Translations under genes and position numbers: made by a program | In this document: positions 8,071 to 16,602 of the stretch, piece after piece | Layout: each line of letters opens with the position of its first letter | Numbering within the stretch: position 1 is the stretch's first letter | Notes under the pieces: model-generated | Told to the model about the DNA's origin: nothing | The model's database searches: none | What the model saw: only the letters and a program-made list of their open reading frames with translations | DNA from: a virus | Virus record (IMG/VR): IMGVR_UViG_3300047160_010630 | Location: 1 to 64,000 of that record | Length of the DNA stretch: 64,000 nucleotides | Direction: 5' to 3' (one strand)

Positions 8071-9627
8071 ATGACCGAGCAGAACCAGCCGAGCGACGAG
8101 CAGACCGCCGGTCTGTCCAACCTCCTCAAGGCTGCCGTCGCCAACGGCCTGGCGGCAGGCAACGGGCCGTCCGACCAGCTGGTGGGCAAGGCCGCCATCC
8201 TGTCCGTCCTGGCCCACCTCGGAGGCGGCCTGGTCGCCGAGGACGCCCTGGTCTTCAAGGGCACCAGCTTCGTCCTGCCGGAGCAGTACCGCGACCGCAT
8301 CCCGGAGGCCGTCGCGTTCCTGGCCGGGTGGCAGGAGCAGCAGGAAGCCGTCACGGACATGAAGCGGGAATTCCCGTACCGTCCGTACGACGTCGCCCAC
8401 GCCGCCCAGTCCGCCATGAAGACCATCTTCGGCTCCACCGGCACCGGCGTGGCGATCAAGCAGCTGTTCGGGGAGATCCCGCCGGAGTTCGTCTCCGTGT
8501 CCACCGGCGTGGACCAGACCACCCAGGTTCCGTGGAACCGGGTCAAGTTCGACATCGTCCAGGGGCACATCGACATCGGCTACGCCCACCACCGCGTCCA
8601 CGGCATCATCGGCCGCCTGACCGTCAAGGCCCCGCGCAAGTACCGCTCGGTGATCGAGGGCTTCTTCGCCGCCGTCGAGGCGGAGCTGAAGACCAACTCC
8701 ATCTACCGGGGCAAGGCCATCGTCCACGGCGGCTGGGACTCGATCCAGTTCCTGGACCTGGGCAAGGTCAAGCCCGAGAACGTCATCTACGGCGACACCG
8801 TGATGGCGGCCCTGGAGGCCCACCTGTGGGTGCCGATCCGGCACACCGAGCTGATGCGTGAGCTGGGCCAGCCGGTCAAGCGCACCGTCCTCCTGGAGGG
8901 ACCGTACGGTACCGGCAAGTCCCTGGCGGGCTACCTGACCGCCCAGCAGGCCGTCGCCAACGGCTGGACGTTCATCTTCGTCAAGCCCGGCGACGACCTC
9001 AACGAGGCCATGAACACGGCCAAGCTGTACGCCCCGGCCGTGGTGTTCTTCGAGGACATCGATGTCCTCCAGTCCAACGACCCGGAGGCCGTCTCCAAGC
9101 TGCTGGACAGCTTCGACGGCATCTCCGGCAAGGGCCAGGAGATCATCGTCGCCCTGACCACCAACAACCCGGGGCTCATCCACAAGGGCATGCTGCGGCC
9201 GGGCCGCCTGGACGCCCTGATCCACATCGCCGACCTGGACCGGGCCGGTGTCGAGAAGCTCATCCGGGCCAGCGTCCCGCCGGAGTACCTGGCGGACGAC
9301 GTGAACTACGGCGACGTGTTCGTGGCCTGCCGGGGCTACCTGCCCGCGTTCATCCGCGAGGTGGCCGCCCGCGCCTTCCGGTTCGCCATGGCCCGCGTCA
9401 ACGGCAAGCCGAACAAGCTGACCACCGGGGACTTCGAGGCGGCGGCGGGTGACCTGCGGGCCCAGTTCGACCTGATGACCGGCGCCCACGAGATCCAGCC
9501 GGACGAGGGCCTGAACAAGGCCTTCGAGAACGCCGTCCGGAGCGTCATGGGCAGCGCCGTCATCGCGGACAGCGACGGCGACCCGAACTACCAGATCAAC
9601 AAGTTCGTGTTCGACATCAAGAGCTGA
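8071..9627 (+). CDS. AAA+ ATPase
   Basis: Walker A GPYGTGKS, Walker B VVFFEDID, SRH LRPGRLD. Confidence 0.93.
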   Translation: MTEQNQPSDEQTAGLSNLLKAAVANGLAAGNGPSDQLVGKAAILSVLAHLGGGLVAEDALVFKGTSFVLPEQYRDRIPEAVAFLAGWQEQQEAVTDMKREFPYRPYDVAHAAQSAMKTIFGSTGTGVAIKQLFGEIPPEFVSVSTGVDQTTQVPWNRVKFDIVQGHIDIGYAHHRVHGIIGRLTVKAPRKYRSVIEGFFAAVEAELKTNSIYRGKAIVHGGWDSIQFLDLGKVKPENVIYGDTVMAALEAHLWVPIRHTELMRELGQPVKRTVLLEGPYGTGKSLAGYLTAQQAVANGWTFIFVKPGDDLNEAMNTAKLYAPAVVFFEDIDVLQSNDPEAVSKLLDSFDGISGKGQEIIVALTTNNPGLIHKGMLRPGRLDALIHIADLDRAGVEKLIRASVPPEYLADDVNYGDVFVACRGYLPAFIREVAARAFRFAMARVNGKPNKLTTGDFEAAAGDLRAQFDLMTGAHEIQPDEGLNKAFENAVRSVMGSAVIADSDGDPNYQINKFVFDIKS

Positions 9628-9666
9628 TCCGGCCACCGGTCCGGCGTTTTTCTGTACGATCGATGG

Positions 9667-10194
9667 GTGACCTACCCTCTGGAGAAGGCCAGGAAGCTGG
9701 CCTACGAGATCTTCGACCGGATGAAGGACTGGTCCGACGCGCCCTACACGGACCATCTGGAGGCCGTCTGCGCGGCCATGGAGCCGTACGACGAGGATCT
9801 CCAGGTGGTCGGCATGCTGCACAGCATCATGGAGCACACGGACTGGGACCCGGAAACCCTTCGATATGAAGGCCTGCCGGAGAAGTCGATCGACACATTG
9901 AAGGCGCTGACGCGCGACCGGCGGGCACAGCCGTGGGCCATGTACTTCCGGCAGGTCCGGGCCGACGAGGACGCCACGCTGGTGAAGATCGCCTGCACGG
10001 CGCACAACTACCGGGCGGAGCGGCTGGCGACCCGCAAGCTCCTCCAGCGCAGCGAGCGCCTGATCGCCCAGGGGTTCGCCCAGCGGCACCTGTGGACGGC
10101 CGCCTACGAGGACGACCTGCGGGACGTCCTGGAGGCCGTGCACCCCGGTCTGCTCATCCGCGTGGACCAGCTGAAGAAGGACGGAAAACTGTGA
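9667..10194 (+). CDS. HD-fold (SpoT/Mesh1-like) protein with degenerate active site
   Basis: PYTDHLEAV, LHSIMEHT (vs LHDxxEDT), VKIACTAHN (vs VKxADxxHN). Confidence 0.75.
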   Translation: MTYPLEKARKLAYEIFDRMKDWSDAPYTDHLEAVCAAMEPYDEDLQVVGMLHSIMEHTDWDPETLRYEGLPEKSIDTLKALTRDRRAQPWAMYFRQVRADEDATLVKIACTAHNYRAERLATRKLLQRSERLIAQGFAQRHLWTAAYEDDLRDVLEAVHPGLLIRVDQLKKDGKL

Positions 10195-10298
10195 ATGCGC
10201 CCGGCCCCGGCAAGCCCTGGCAGCCCCCGACCCCTGGCGACCCTCCCGGGGGCCGTCGGCCTGGGGACAGGCCGAGCGAGAGATACGCGGAATAAAAC

Positions 10299-10327
10299 TG
10301 GACACGGGTCCGGGGATCCGCTAACGT
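10299..10327 (+). promoter_or_regulatory. promoter of the Y-RNA/Ro60 operon
   Basis: TGGACA-N17-TAACGT. Confidence 0.65.
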
Positions 10328-10340
10328 AGTTCTTGTCAGC

Positions 10341-10414
10341 GCGGCAGGTGCGAAGACAGACCGGCTACTTCTTCTGGTGAAACTACGCCGGACGTCGTTA
10401 CGGATCTCTGCTGC
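10341..10414 (+). ncRNA. Y RNA-like 1 (short, no tRNA domain)
   Basis: GCGGCAG-GTGCGAAG...GGATCT-CTGCTGC terminal stem; CTACTTC motif. Confidence 0.75.
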
Positions 10415-10430
10415 ACGACCACTAGACTTC

Positions 10431-10564
10431 CTGTCCGGTGCGAACGGAATGCCTACTTCCATGGTAAGGACGAGGTCGGAGGTTCGATCCCTCCCAGGGG
10501 AGAAGTCCCCTGTAGCTCAGCGGGAGAGCGCGTAAAACGGCATTGCGGACTGGATCTCGGACAG
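10431..10564 (+). ncRNA. Y RNA-like 2 (YrlA-type permuted tRNA domain)
   Basis: CTGTCCG-GTGCGAA...GGATCT-CGGACAG; T arm precedes a closed acceptor hairpin and the D arm. Confidence 0.85.
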
Positions 10565-10573
10565 ATCAAACTT

Positions 10574-10715
10574 CATATCGGGTGCGAAGAGCCGGAGTTC
10601 TTCGAGGAACAAAGGGTCACTGGTTCAAGTCCAGTCCCGTCGACTGTCGGCGGGTAGCTCAGTCGGGTAGAGCACTTGTAAAAAATGACGCCGACTCGCC
10701 CGGATCTCCGATATG
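10574..10715 (+). ncRNA. Y RNA-like 3 (YrlA-type)
   Basis: CATATCGG-GTGCGAAG...GGATCT-CCGATATG; ACTGG-TTCAAGT-CCAGT then TAGCTCAGTCGGGTAGAGC. Confidence 0.85.
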
Positions 10716-10737
10716 GTCAGCATTGACAACTGAATAA

Positions 10738-10872
10738 GCGCCAGGTGCGCAGATGTTGGTTACTTCTTTCTGCAAAAAAGAGAACGCGGGTTCGAATCCC
10801 GTCGGGGTCCCAGGACCCTGTAGTGTAGCGGCCTAACACTTACGTCACCAACGTCGACTTGACCTCTGGCGC
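10738..10872 (+). ncRNA. Y RNA-like 4 (YrlA-type)
   Basis: GCGCCAG-GTGCG...GACCT-CTGGCGC; T arm, acceptor hairpin, D arm order. Confidence 0.85.
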
Positions 10873-10885
10873 ATCTCAGTTGCAC

Positions 10886-11024
10886 CTGCCAGGTGTGCTG
10901 AACGCAGATACTTCAATTTTACTAGGAATAAAAGGGTCCGGGTTCGAACCCCGGCAGGCCCGCAAGGGCCTGTGGTGTAATTGGCAGCACTAAAAGACTC
11001 TGCGATCGACTGGATCTCTGGCAG
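10886..11024 (+). ncRNA. Y RNA-like 5 (YrlA-type)
   Basis: CTGCCAG-GTGTG...GGATCT-CTGGCAG; CAGGCCC-GCAA-GGGCCTG closed acceptor. Confidence 0.85.
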
Positions 11025-11036
11025 ACCCAACCCGTA

Positions 11037-11110
11037 CCACCAGGTGCGAAGGCCCCCGGCTACTTCTTTTGGTGAATCTACGCCGGAACGCCGAATCTGA
11101 TCTCTGGTGG
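11037..11110 (+). ncRNA. Y RNA-like 6 (short, paralog of unit 1)
   Basis: CCACCAG-GTGCGAAG...GATCT-CTGGTGG; shares CCGGCTACTTCTTyTGGTGAAwCTACGCCGGA with unit 1. Confidence 0.75.
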
Positions 11111-11113
11111 ACA

Positions 11114-11186
11114 TGCCCTGTAGCTCAATAGGAAGAGCACTCCCGATGCGGGGGAGAGAAGGCGGTTCGAATCCGTCCTTGGGCAC
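11114..11186 (+). tRNA. atypical or pseudo-tRNA (loop GATGCGG, nominal anticodon TGC)
   Basis: Cloverleaf with normal D and T arms, but no U33 and an imperfect acceptor stem. Confidence 0.55.
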
Positions 11187-11240
11187 TCACAGCCTCACCA
11201 GTGGCTCCGAACTGGTGCGAAAGGAAGAGAGGAATAGATC

Positions 11241-12911
11241 GTGGCACGCTACAACCAGAAGGCAGTCCGACCGGCCACCCAGCACGTGATGGCGACGACC
11301 AGCCAGACCGCCAGCACCGCGACCAAGACCTTCGAGGGTGCTCCCGGCTTCGCCAAGGACGCCAAGACCGAGCTGTTCCTGCGCGGCGCCGGTGCATTCG
11401 CCGGTCAGAACAAGTTCTACGAGACCGGCGACACGCACGACCAGCGCATGATCGAGCTGGCCCGCACGCTCGCCGTGACCGAGGACGGCTGGAACTGGCT
11501 CAACGGGTTCCTGCCGTGGCTGCGCGGCGAGGGCAACATGCGGACCTCCGCGCTGATCATCGCCGTGGAGTCGGTCAAGGCCCGCCTGGACGCCAAGCTG
11601 GCGAGCCCGCGCGGACACACCCACCGGGCGCTGCTGGACTCGGTCATGCAGCGTGCCGACGAGCCGGGCGAGATGCTGGCCTACTGGACCAGCACGTACG
11701 GCCGGTCCGTCCCGAAGCCGGTCAAGCGTGCCGTCGCCGACGCGGCGCAGCGGCTGTACAACGAGTACGCGCTGCTCAAGTACGACAGCGACGCCAAGGG
11801 GTACCGCTTCGGCGACGTCCTGGAGCTGACCCACCCGTCCCCGGCGGACAGCAAGCCGTGGCAGGGCGACCTGTTCCGGTACGCCATCGACCGGCGCCAC
11901 AACCGCAGCGACATCGCCGTCCCGGAGAGCCTGCGGACCGTCCAGGCCCGCAAGGCGCTGATGGAGGTGCCGGTCGACCAGCGGCGGGCCGTCGTGGTCG
12001 ACGGCCAGCACGGCATGCAGCGTCTCGCCGGTGCGGGCATGACGTGGGAGGCGCTGGCCGGGTGGCTCCAGGGTCCGATGGACGCCGACGCGTGGAAGGC
12101 CATCATCCCGAACATGGGGACGATGGCACTGGTCCGCAACCTGCGCAACTTCGACGAGGCCAAGGTCGACAACGCCGTGGCCCGCAAGGTCGCCGACAAG
12201 ATCGCCGACCCGGACGAGGTGAAGCGGTCGCGTCAGCTGCCGTTCCGGTACTTCTCCGCGTACAAGAACGTGTCCTCGCTGCGGTGGGGGCAGGCGCTGG
12301 AGGAGGCACTGGGGCACTCGCTGGCCAACGTCCCATCGCTGGACGGCCGGACGCTGATCCTGGTCGACCGCTCGCCGTCGATGTTCCCGGGGTACTTCTT
12401 CTCCACGAAGAACACCTCGGACATCTCGCTGGCGGACAAGGCGGCCGTCTTCGGCTCCGCCCTGGCCCTGCGCGCCGAGAACCCGACCCTGGTCGAGTTC
12501 GGCGGCACCAGCAAGGAGGTCGCCGTTCCGAAGGGCGGCAGCGTCCTGAAGATGGTGGAGTCGTTCGGCCGGAGCGACGGTACGGACATCCCGTCCGCCG
12601 TCCGGAGCTTCTACCGGCGCGGGCACCACACCCGGGTCGTCATCATCACCGATGAGCAGACCCAGCCGGGCTGGCTGTCGTCCAACATGGACCACTACGG
12701 GGGCTCGAAGCCGGTCCAGATCGACGATCTGATCGACAAGAGCGTCCCGGTGTACATGTGGAACTTGGCCGGGTACTCGAACGGTGCCATGCAGTCCGGC
12801 ACCGGCAACCGGCACCTCATGGGCGGTCTCCAGGACAGCTCGTTCCGGATGATCCCCATGATCGAGAAGGCGTCCGCGTCTCGCTGGCCGTGGGAGTCGG
12901 AGAAGAAGTGA
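11241..12911 (+). CDS. Ro60/TROVE-domain RNA-binding protein (Rsr-like)
   Basis: TROVE motifs (TWEAL, MALVRNLRN, SRQLPFRY) plus vWA MIDAS (LVDRSPSM, GTD, ITDEQ). Confidence 0.93.
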   Translation: MARYNQKAVRPATQHVMATTSQTASTATKTFEGAPGFAKDAKTELFLRGAGAFAGQNKFYETGDTHDQRMIELARTLAVTEDGWNWLNGFLPWLRGEGNMRTSALIIAVESVKARLDAKLASPRGHTHRALLDSVMQRADEPGEMLAYWTSTYGRSVPKPVKRAVADAAQRLYNEYALLKYDSDAKGYRFGDVLELTHPSPADSKPWQGDLFRYAIDRRHNRSDIAVPESLRTVQARKALMEVPVDQRRAVVVDGQHGMQRLAGAGMTWEALAGWLQGPMDADAWKAIIPNMGTMALVRNLRNFDEAKVDNAVARKVADKIADPDEVKRSRQLPFRYFSAYKNVSSLRWGQALEEALGHSLANVPSLDGRTLILVDRSPSMFPGYFFSTKNTSDISLADKAAVFGSALALRAENPTLVEFGGTSKEVAVPKGGSVLKMVESFGRSDGTDIPSAVRSFYRRGHHTRVVIITDEQTQPGWLSSNMDHYGGSKPVQIDDLIDKSVPVYMWNLAGYSNGAMQSGTGNRHLMGGLQDSSFRMIPMIEKASASRWPWESEKK

Positions 12912-13039
12912 CGGTCCACGTCACCTGGGAGGGGGTCCTCGCCTTCGTCGGCGCGGGGGCCCTCTCCCTCTATGTCCTGCGGGCTCTCTACGGGCTCGTC
13001 ACGCTCTGGCTGTTCACGCGCAAGATGAGGGGGAAGTAG
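12908..13039 (+). CDS. small membrane protein
   Basis: GTGA overlap; hydrophobic. Confidence 0.6.
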   Translation: MTVHVTWEGVLAFVGAGALSLYVLRALYGLVTLWLFTRKMRGK

Positions 13040-13041
13040 CC

Positions 13042-13593
13042 GTGGAGATCCATTTCGATACTGAGTTCCTCCACGAGGAGGATCAGAACTGGCTGCTCAG
13101 TCTCGGGATGGTCAAGGAGACCGGCGAAACCTACTACGCCGTCAACGCCGACATGCCGTGGCCCCGTGTCAAGAGGCACCACTGGGTGGGGAAGAACATC
13201 TGGCCGCTCTTTCCCCGGACGTTGTCGACGACCGGCTTCGAGTCACTGGATCTCGATCATGCGGACGTCAAGTCGGAGCAGGTGATCAAGCAGGAGGTCT
13301 TCCAGTTCATCACCGGCTCCCCGAACCCGTCGCTCTGGGGCTGGTACCCCTCGCACGACTATGTCCTCGTGGCCCGTCTGCTCGGTCTTTGGCCCATGAC
13401 GCCCCTGTGGTTCCCGCAGCGGCCCAACGACGTGGCCCAGGAGTGGGAGCGGCTGGGCTGCCCGCCCATGCCGGAGCAGCCTGTCGGGAACCATCACTCC
13501 CTGGAGGACGCGAAGTTCTGCCTCTTCCGACGGATCTGGCTGAAGGAGTACGAGCGGCAGAGGGCTCTGGACCCCGGCCGGGTGAAGGGGTAG
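13042..13593 (+). CDS. 3'-5' exoribonuclease, DEDDh (Rv2179c/DUF5051-like)
   Basis: FDTEF, W..WYPSHDYV, HHSLEDAK. Confidence 0.85.
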   Translation: MEIHFDTEFLHEEDQNWLLSLGMVKETGETYYAVNADMPWPRVKRHHWVGKNIWPLFPRTLSTTGFESLDLDHADVKSEQVIKQEVFQFITGSPNPSLWGWYPSHDYVLVARLLGLWPMTPLWFPQRPNDVAQEWERLGCPPMPEQPVGNHHSLEDAKFCLFRRIWLKEYERQRALDPGRVKG

Positions 13594-13603
13594 CCTTCCC
13601 TCC

Positions 13604-13744
13604 ATGGACGAGAACACCGCCACTGAACCGGCCCAACGGCCCGAGCGCGTGCCGCTGGCCGACCTGGCAGAGCAGGCCGACGACTTCTTCCGCGCCATCG
13701 GCGACACAACCGTTCCGGTGGCGGCCTTCAACAGCTCCATCTGA
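13604..13744 (+). CDS. small hypothetical protein
   Basis: ATG at 13604; fills gap. Confidence 0.5.
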   Translation: MDENTATEPAQRPERVPLADLAEQADDFFRAIGDTTVPVAAFNSSI

Positions 13745-13767
13745 CCGACCCGAGCGAGGAAACAGGA

Positions 13768-14088
13768 ATGGACAGTACCGAGGACTGGGACCTGGTCGGC
13801 ACGTTCGATCTCGGGCCGGTCAAGACGCACGGGCCGTCGGCTTGTGCCGGAACGCACTGCTGCGTCCACAACCCGTCCGATCATCCCATGAATTCGTGGC
13901 CGATGACCTTCGACCCGCAGAAGATGTACCTGGCCCTGCGGATGTGTCCGCACGAGTACGGGCACCCGGACCCGGACTCCCTGCGGTTCCACGCGCTTCA
14001 CCCGCGCGTCAGCGACGGCACCCTCATGTGGATGGCGCTCCACCAGTGCGACGGGTGCTGCTTCGCGCCCGACCCCACGCCTATGTAG
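13768..14088 (+). CDS. Cys/His-rich hypothetical protein
   Basis: CCVHNPSDH, CPHEYGHPDPD, HQCDGCC. Confidence 0.8.
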   Translation: MDSTEDWDLVGTFDLGPVKTHGPSACAGTHCCVHNPSDHPMNSWPMTFDPQKMYLALRMCPHEYGHPDPDSLRFHALHPRVSDGTLMWMALHQCDGCCFAPDPTPM

Positions 14089-14104
14089 AGGAAAGGAAAA
14101 GGAA

Positions 14105-14362
14105 GTGCTGCACGCTCTCGCTCCCTACTGGAGCTACATCCTCGCGCCGTTCGGCCTCGCCGGTATGATCATGACCGGCAAGAAGAACCGCTGGGGATGG
14201 GCCCTGAGCATCGCCACCCAGGTTCTCCGGCTGACGTACGGGGTCCAGACCAAGCAGTGGGGGTTCCTCCCCGGCTCGGCCGCCTACATGTTCGTGTACA
14301 TCCGAAACTTCATCCTCTGGAAGCCCAAGGTGCAGACCGACGATGAGCGACCGGCAGCGTGA
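14105..14362 (+). CDS. small 3-TM membrane protein (PnuC-half-like)
   Basis: Hydrophobic helices; KKNRWGW motif. Confidence 0.7.
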   Translation: MLHALAPYWSYILAPFGLAGMIMTGKKNRWGWALSIATQVLRLTYGVQTKQWGFLPGSAAYMFVYIRNFILWKPKVQTDDERPAA

Positions 14363-14516
14363 GCTGTACCAGGCCGTACGGTACAGCCTGGAGACGTCCA
14401 TGGAACCGTCCGACGCCGACAAGGCCGTGGTAACGCTGGACGCCCTCGTCCAGCAGGTCAAGGCCGACGTCGTGAAGGCCGTGGTTGTGCGGCTGACCGA
14501 GGGGCTGGTAGACTGA
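14343..14516 (+). CDS. hypothetical protein
   Basis: ATG at 14343; codon bias. Confidence 0.55.
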   Translation: MSDRQRELYQAVRYSLETSMEPSDADKAVVTLDALVQQVKADVVKAVVVRLTEGLVD

Positions 14517-14542
14517 CCACCAGAACAAGGAAGGAGGAAAAA

Positions 14543-14857
14543 GTGAGCTCATTGAACGCATTCTGCTTGCTGGCCACTGCCCTGGGGACGGCCACGGTGG
14601 CCACGGCGGGCCTGTACCTCAAGTTCTTGTCGGTCCGCACCGTGCACCTGCTTCTCGGAGCCGCGAACACCGTGAGTGCTGCTGTGCATCTGTGGGTGAC
14701 GCACAACGAGATGCTGGCCCTGGCCTGTTCCGCCCTGGCCGCTGCCAGCTTCTGGATTTGGTGGAACAAGGGTGGCGGCGACGATACGAAGCGTCGGCTG
14801 CGCAGCGCCCTCAAGAAGTTCGTCCCCGCGCGGCGCACGGCGCCCGCCACCCCGTAG
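14543..14857 (+). CDS. membrane protein
   Basis: Strong RBS; hydrophobic. Confidence 0.75.
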   Translation: MSSLNAFCLLATALGTATVATAGLYLKFLSVRTVHLLLGAANTVSAAVHLWVTHNEMLALACSALAAASFWIWWNKGGGDDTKRRLRSALKKFVPARRTAPATP

Positions 14858-14895
14858 AATGTACGTGCACGACTAAGTCAAGAAGGGGGCTGAGC

Positions 14896-15084
14896 ATGGA
14901 AGAGTGGGTCTACCTCGAAGAGGTGCTGGAGTACGACGAGCAGGGATCGGCCCCCGTGAGATACGCAAGACTCCTGTGGAGCGCGCTGAAGATCGTCTTC
15001 ATCGCCGTCGGCATCTCGGTGGCCGCCGCGCTGCTCACCATCGGTGCACTATCGGTGTGGCTGTACGCGATGCTCAACACCTGA
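14896..15084 (+). CDS. small membrane protein
   Basis: ATG at 14896; C-terminal TM. Confidence 0.65.
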   Translation: MEEWVYLEEVLEYDEQGSAPVRYARLLWSALKIVFIAVGISVAAALLTIGALSVWLYAMLNT

Positions 15085-15142
15085 CTGGACATCATGTTCC
15101 TCCCCTGGTAAGCTGGTAGCAGGAAAGGGGGAAGGAACCCAG

Positions 15143-15265
15143 ATGAACGAGAATGTCGCGTTACGTAACGACGCTGCACCCGGAGACGGCTGCCTCATGA
15201 TCACCGCGATCGGAGCTGTTGTCCTGATCGCGCTGGCGGTGCTCCTCGGAGTGCTCGCCCTGTAA
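15143..15265 (+). CDS. small membrane protein
   Basis: RBS GGAAGGA; TM helix. Confidence 0.6.
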   Translation: MNENVALRNDAAPGDGCLMITAIGAVVLIALAVLLGVLAL

Positions 15266-15349
15266 GCTCCCCGGCACGGACTGAAGTGCACAGTCCGAGC
15301 ACGGGTGACTGCAAGACCGCCGGGCCCCCTGATCAAGGGCCCGGCACCC

Positions 15350-15422
15350 GCCGGATTACCTCAGTTGGCAGAGGATCTGATTCGTAATCAGACTGTCGTC
15401 GGTTCGATTCCGACATCCGGCT
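15350..15422 (+). tRNA. tRNA-Thr(CGT)
   Basis: GCCGGAT/ATCCGGC acceptor; TCTGA-TTCGTAA-TCAGA. Confidence 0.9.
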
Positions 15423-15543
15423 CGCCGGTGCCTGCGGAAACCCTTACTCCGCTCGGTCACCAGGAGGCCAACGTCGATGACCCGCGTGGCGGCTCTCTCG
15501 ATGCAAGATCCTGGTGAGGCGGTAGTAGGTCGCCCCCGGGTTC

Positions 15544-15617
15544 GCCCCTTTAGCTCAGATGGCCAGGGTACCGCTCTTGTAAAGCGGGGGTCGTCGGTTC
15601 GAACCCGACAGGGGGCT
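15544..15617 (+). tRNA. tRNA-Thr(TGT)
   Basis: GCCCCTT/AGGGGGC acceptor; CCGCT-CTTGTAA-AGCGG. Confidence 0.9.
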
Positions 15618-15725
15618 CGGCGGTACAGGTACACAGGCCCTATTAAGAGGCGGGCCGGGCACCCAGGCACAGTCGGCCCATTGATCGCCTGTACTGCTCA
15701 CAGGAACCAAGAGAACGGAAGAGGA

Positions 15726-16289
15726 ATGCGCGACTACCTCCGAGACATGAGCGAGTACCTGGGCGAGGTGGTGCCGGAAGGCGAGTACGTCGCCCAACTG
15801 GTCGCCCAGAACATCGTCAACGTCCTGCTGGAGGAGGACAAGGACCTGCTCATCGGATGGCTCACGCTGAAGGCCCCGGCCATCCTGACGGACGTCATCG
15901 TCCGCCGGTCCAACGGCCGTCGGCACACGCTGAAGATCCACCGGCAGCGGGACGAATTCTCCCAGGCGGCGGAGAAGTACGAGAAGGACCGCGACCCCGC
16001 CCACCTACGGCCCTTCACCTTCGAATACGTGGTCAGTTCCGACAACCTTCGAAGGAAAGTCGGCCAGATGACGGCCGGGGACTGCCTTTTCGTCGCCGAC
16101 ATGTACGACGACCTGGCCCGCAACGCCAAGATGCGCTCCGCCTTCCACCGGGCCGTCGCCCGGCGCCTGGCCCCAGGCCAGACGGTGGAGGATGCGTTCA
16201 CCGAAGAGGCCTACCTGCGGATGTACCACTCCATCGTCGGAGGCGGCCCGACCACGGCCGTGTCGCCCCCGAAGGCCCTGCCCTCCTGA
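15726..16289 (+). CDS. helical hypothetical protein; candidate partner of the Cas7-like protein
   Basis: RBS GGAAGAGGA, ATG at 15726; its TGA begins array 2. Confidence 0.8.
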   Translation: MRDYLRDMSEYLGEVVPEGEYVAQLVAQNIVNVLLEEDKDLLIGWLTLKAPAILTDVIVRRSNGRRHTLKIHRQRDEFSQAAEKYEKDRDPAHLRPFTFEYVVSSDNLRRKVGQMTAGDCLFVADMYDDLARNAKMRSAFHRAVARRLAPGQTVEDAFTEEAYLRMYHSIVGGGPTTAVSPPKALPS

Positions 16290-16582
16290 CTACCCGCCAC
16301 GGCACGGCTCCGCTCAGTTCCGACCGCATGACTTCCCTGTTCTTCCCACCGCCACCCACCGCATCCGACTATCCGCTGCATTCCCACCCGACCCGCCCGA
16401 CTACCCTTCGCGCGCCCAACCCACCCGGCCCACCCGGCTGACTACCTTTTTCACTCCCAGCCCACCCAGCCGACTACCCCTTCCTGTGCCGCCCCTCCCA
16501 ACCCCGACGACTTGCCGTGGTGTCCTCACTCTTCCCGCTCCGCCCGACATCCCGGTCCATACCGTCCCTGCCGACCAACCGT
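16287..16582. repeat. array 2: 8 units YGAC-NN-[NNC-NN]n-N
   Basis: Unit starts 16287,16329,16366,16398,16439,16471,16508,16545,16572; lengths 42,37,32,41,32,37,37,27. Confidence 0.92.
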
Positions 16583-16602
16583 CTAACAGATAAGGAACAG
16601 AT

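Noticed and set aside
7960-10305. Long minus-strand ORFs (also 26078-29254, 29696-32689, 21769-23364, 11187-12815)
   Set aside because: Antisense shadows of high-GC3 plus-strand genes
10431-11024. Ordinary tRNA genes or tRNA fragments
   Set aside because: T arm precedes D arm and the acceptor is a closed hairpin, which fits YrlA-type Y RNAs
16287-16582. Canonical CRISPR array
   Set aside because: No identical 23-47 nt direct repeats; only a 4-nt mark plus phased C residues; no cas1 or cas2 in the window
5411-16582. Specific decoded targets for the array units
   Set aside because: A gapped search cannot be done reliably by eye, so no target is claimed
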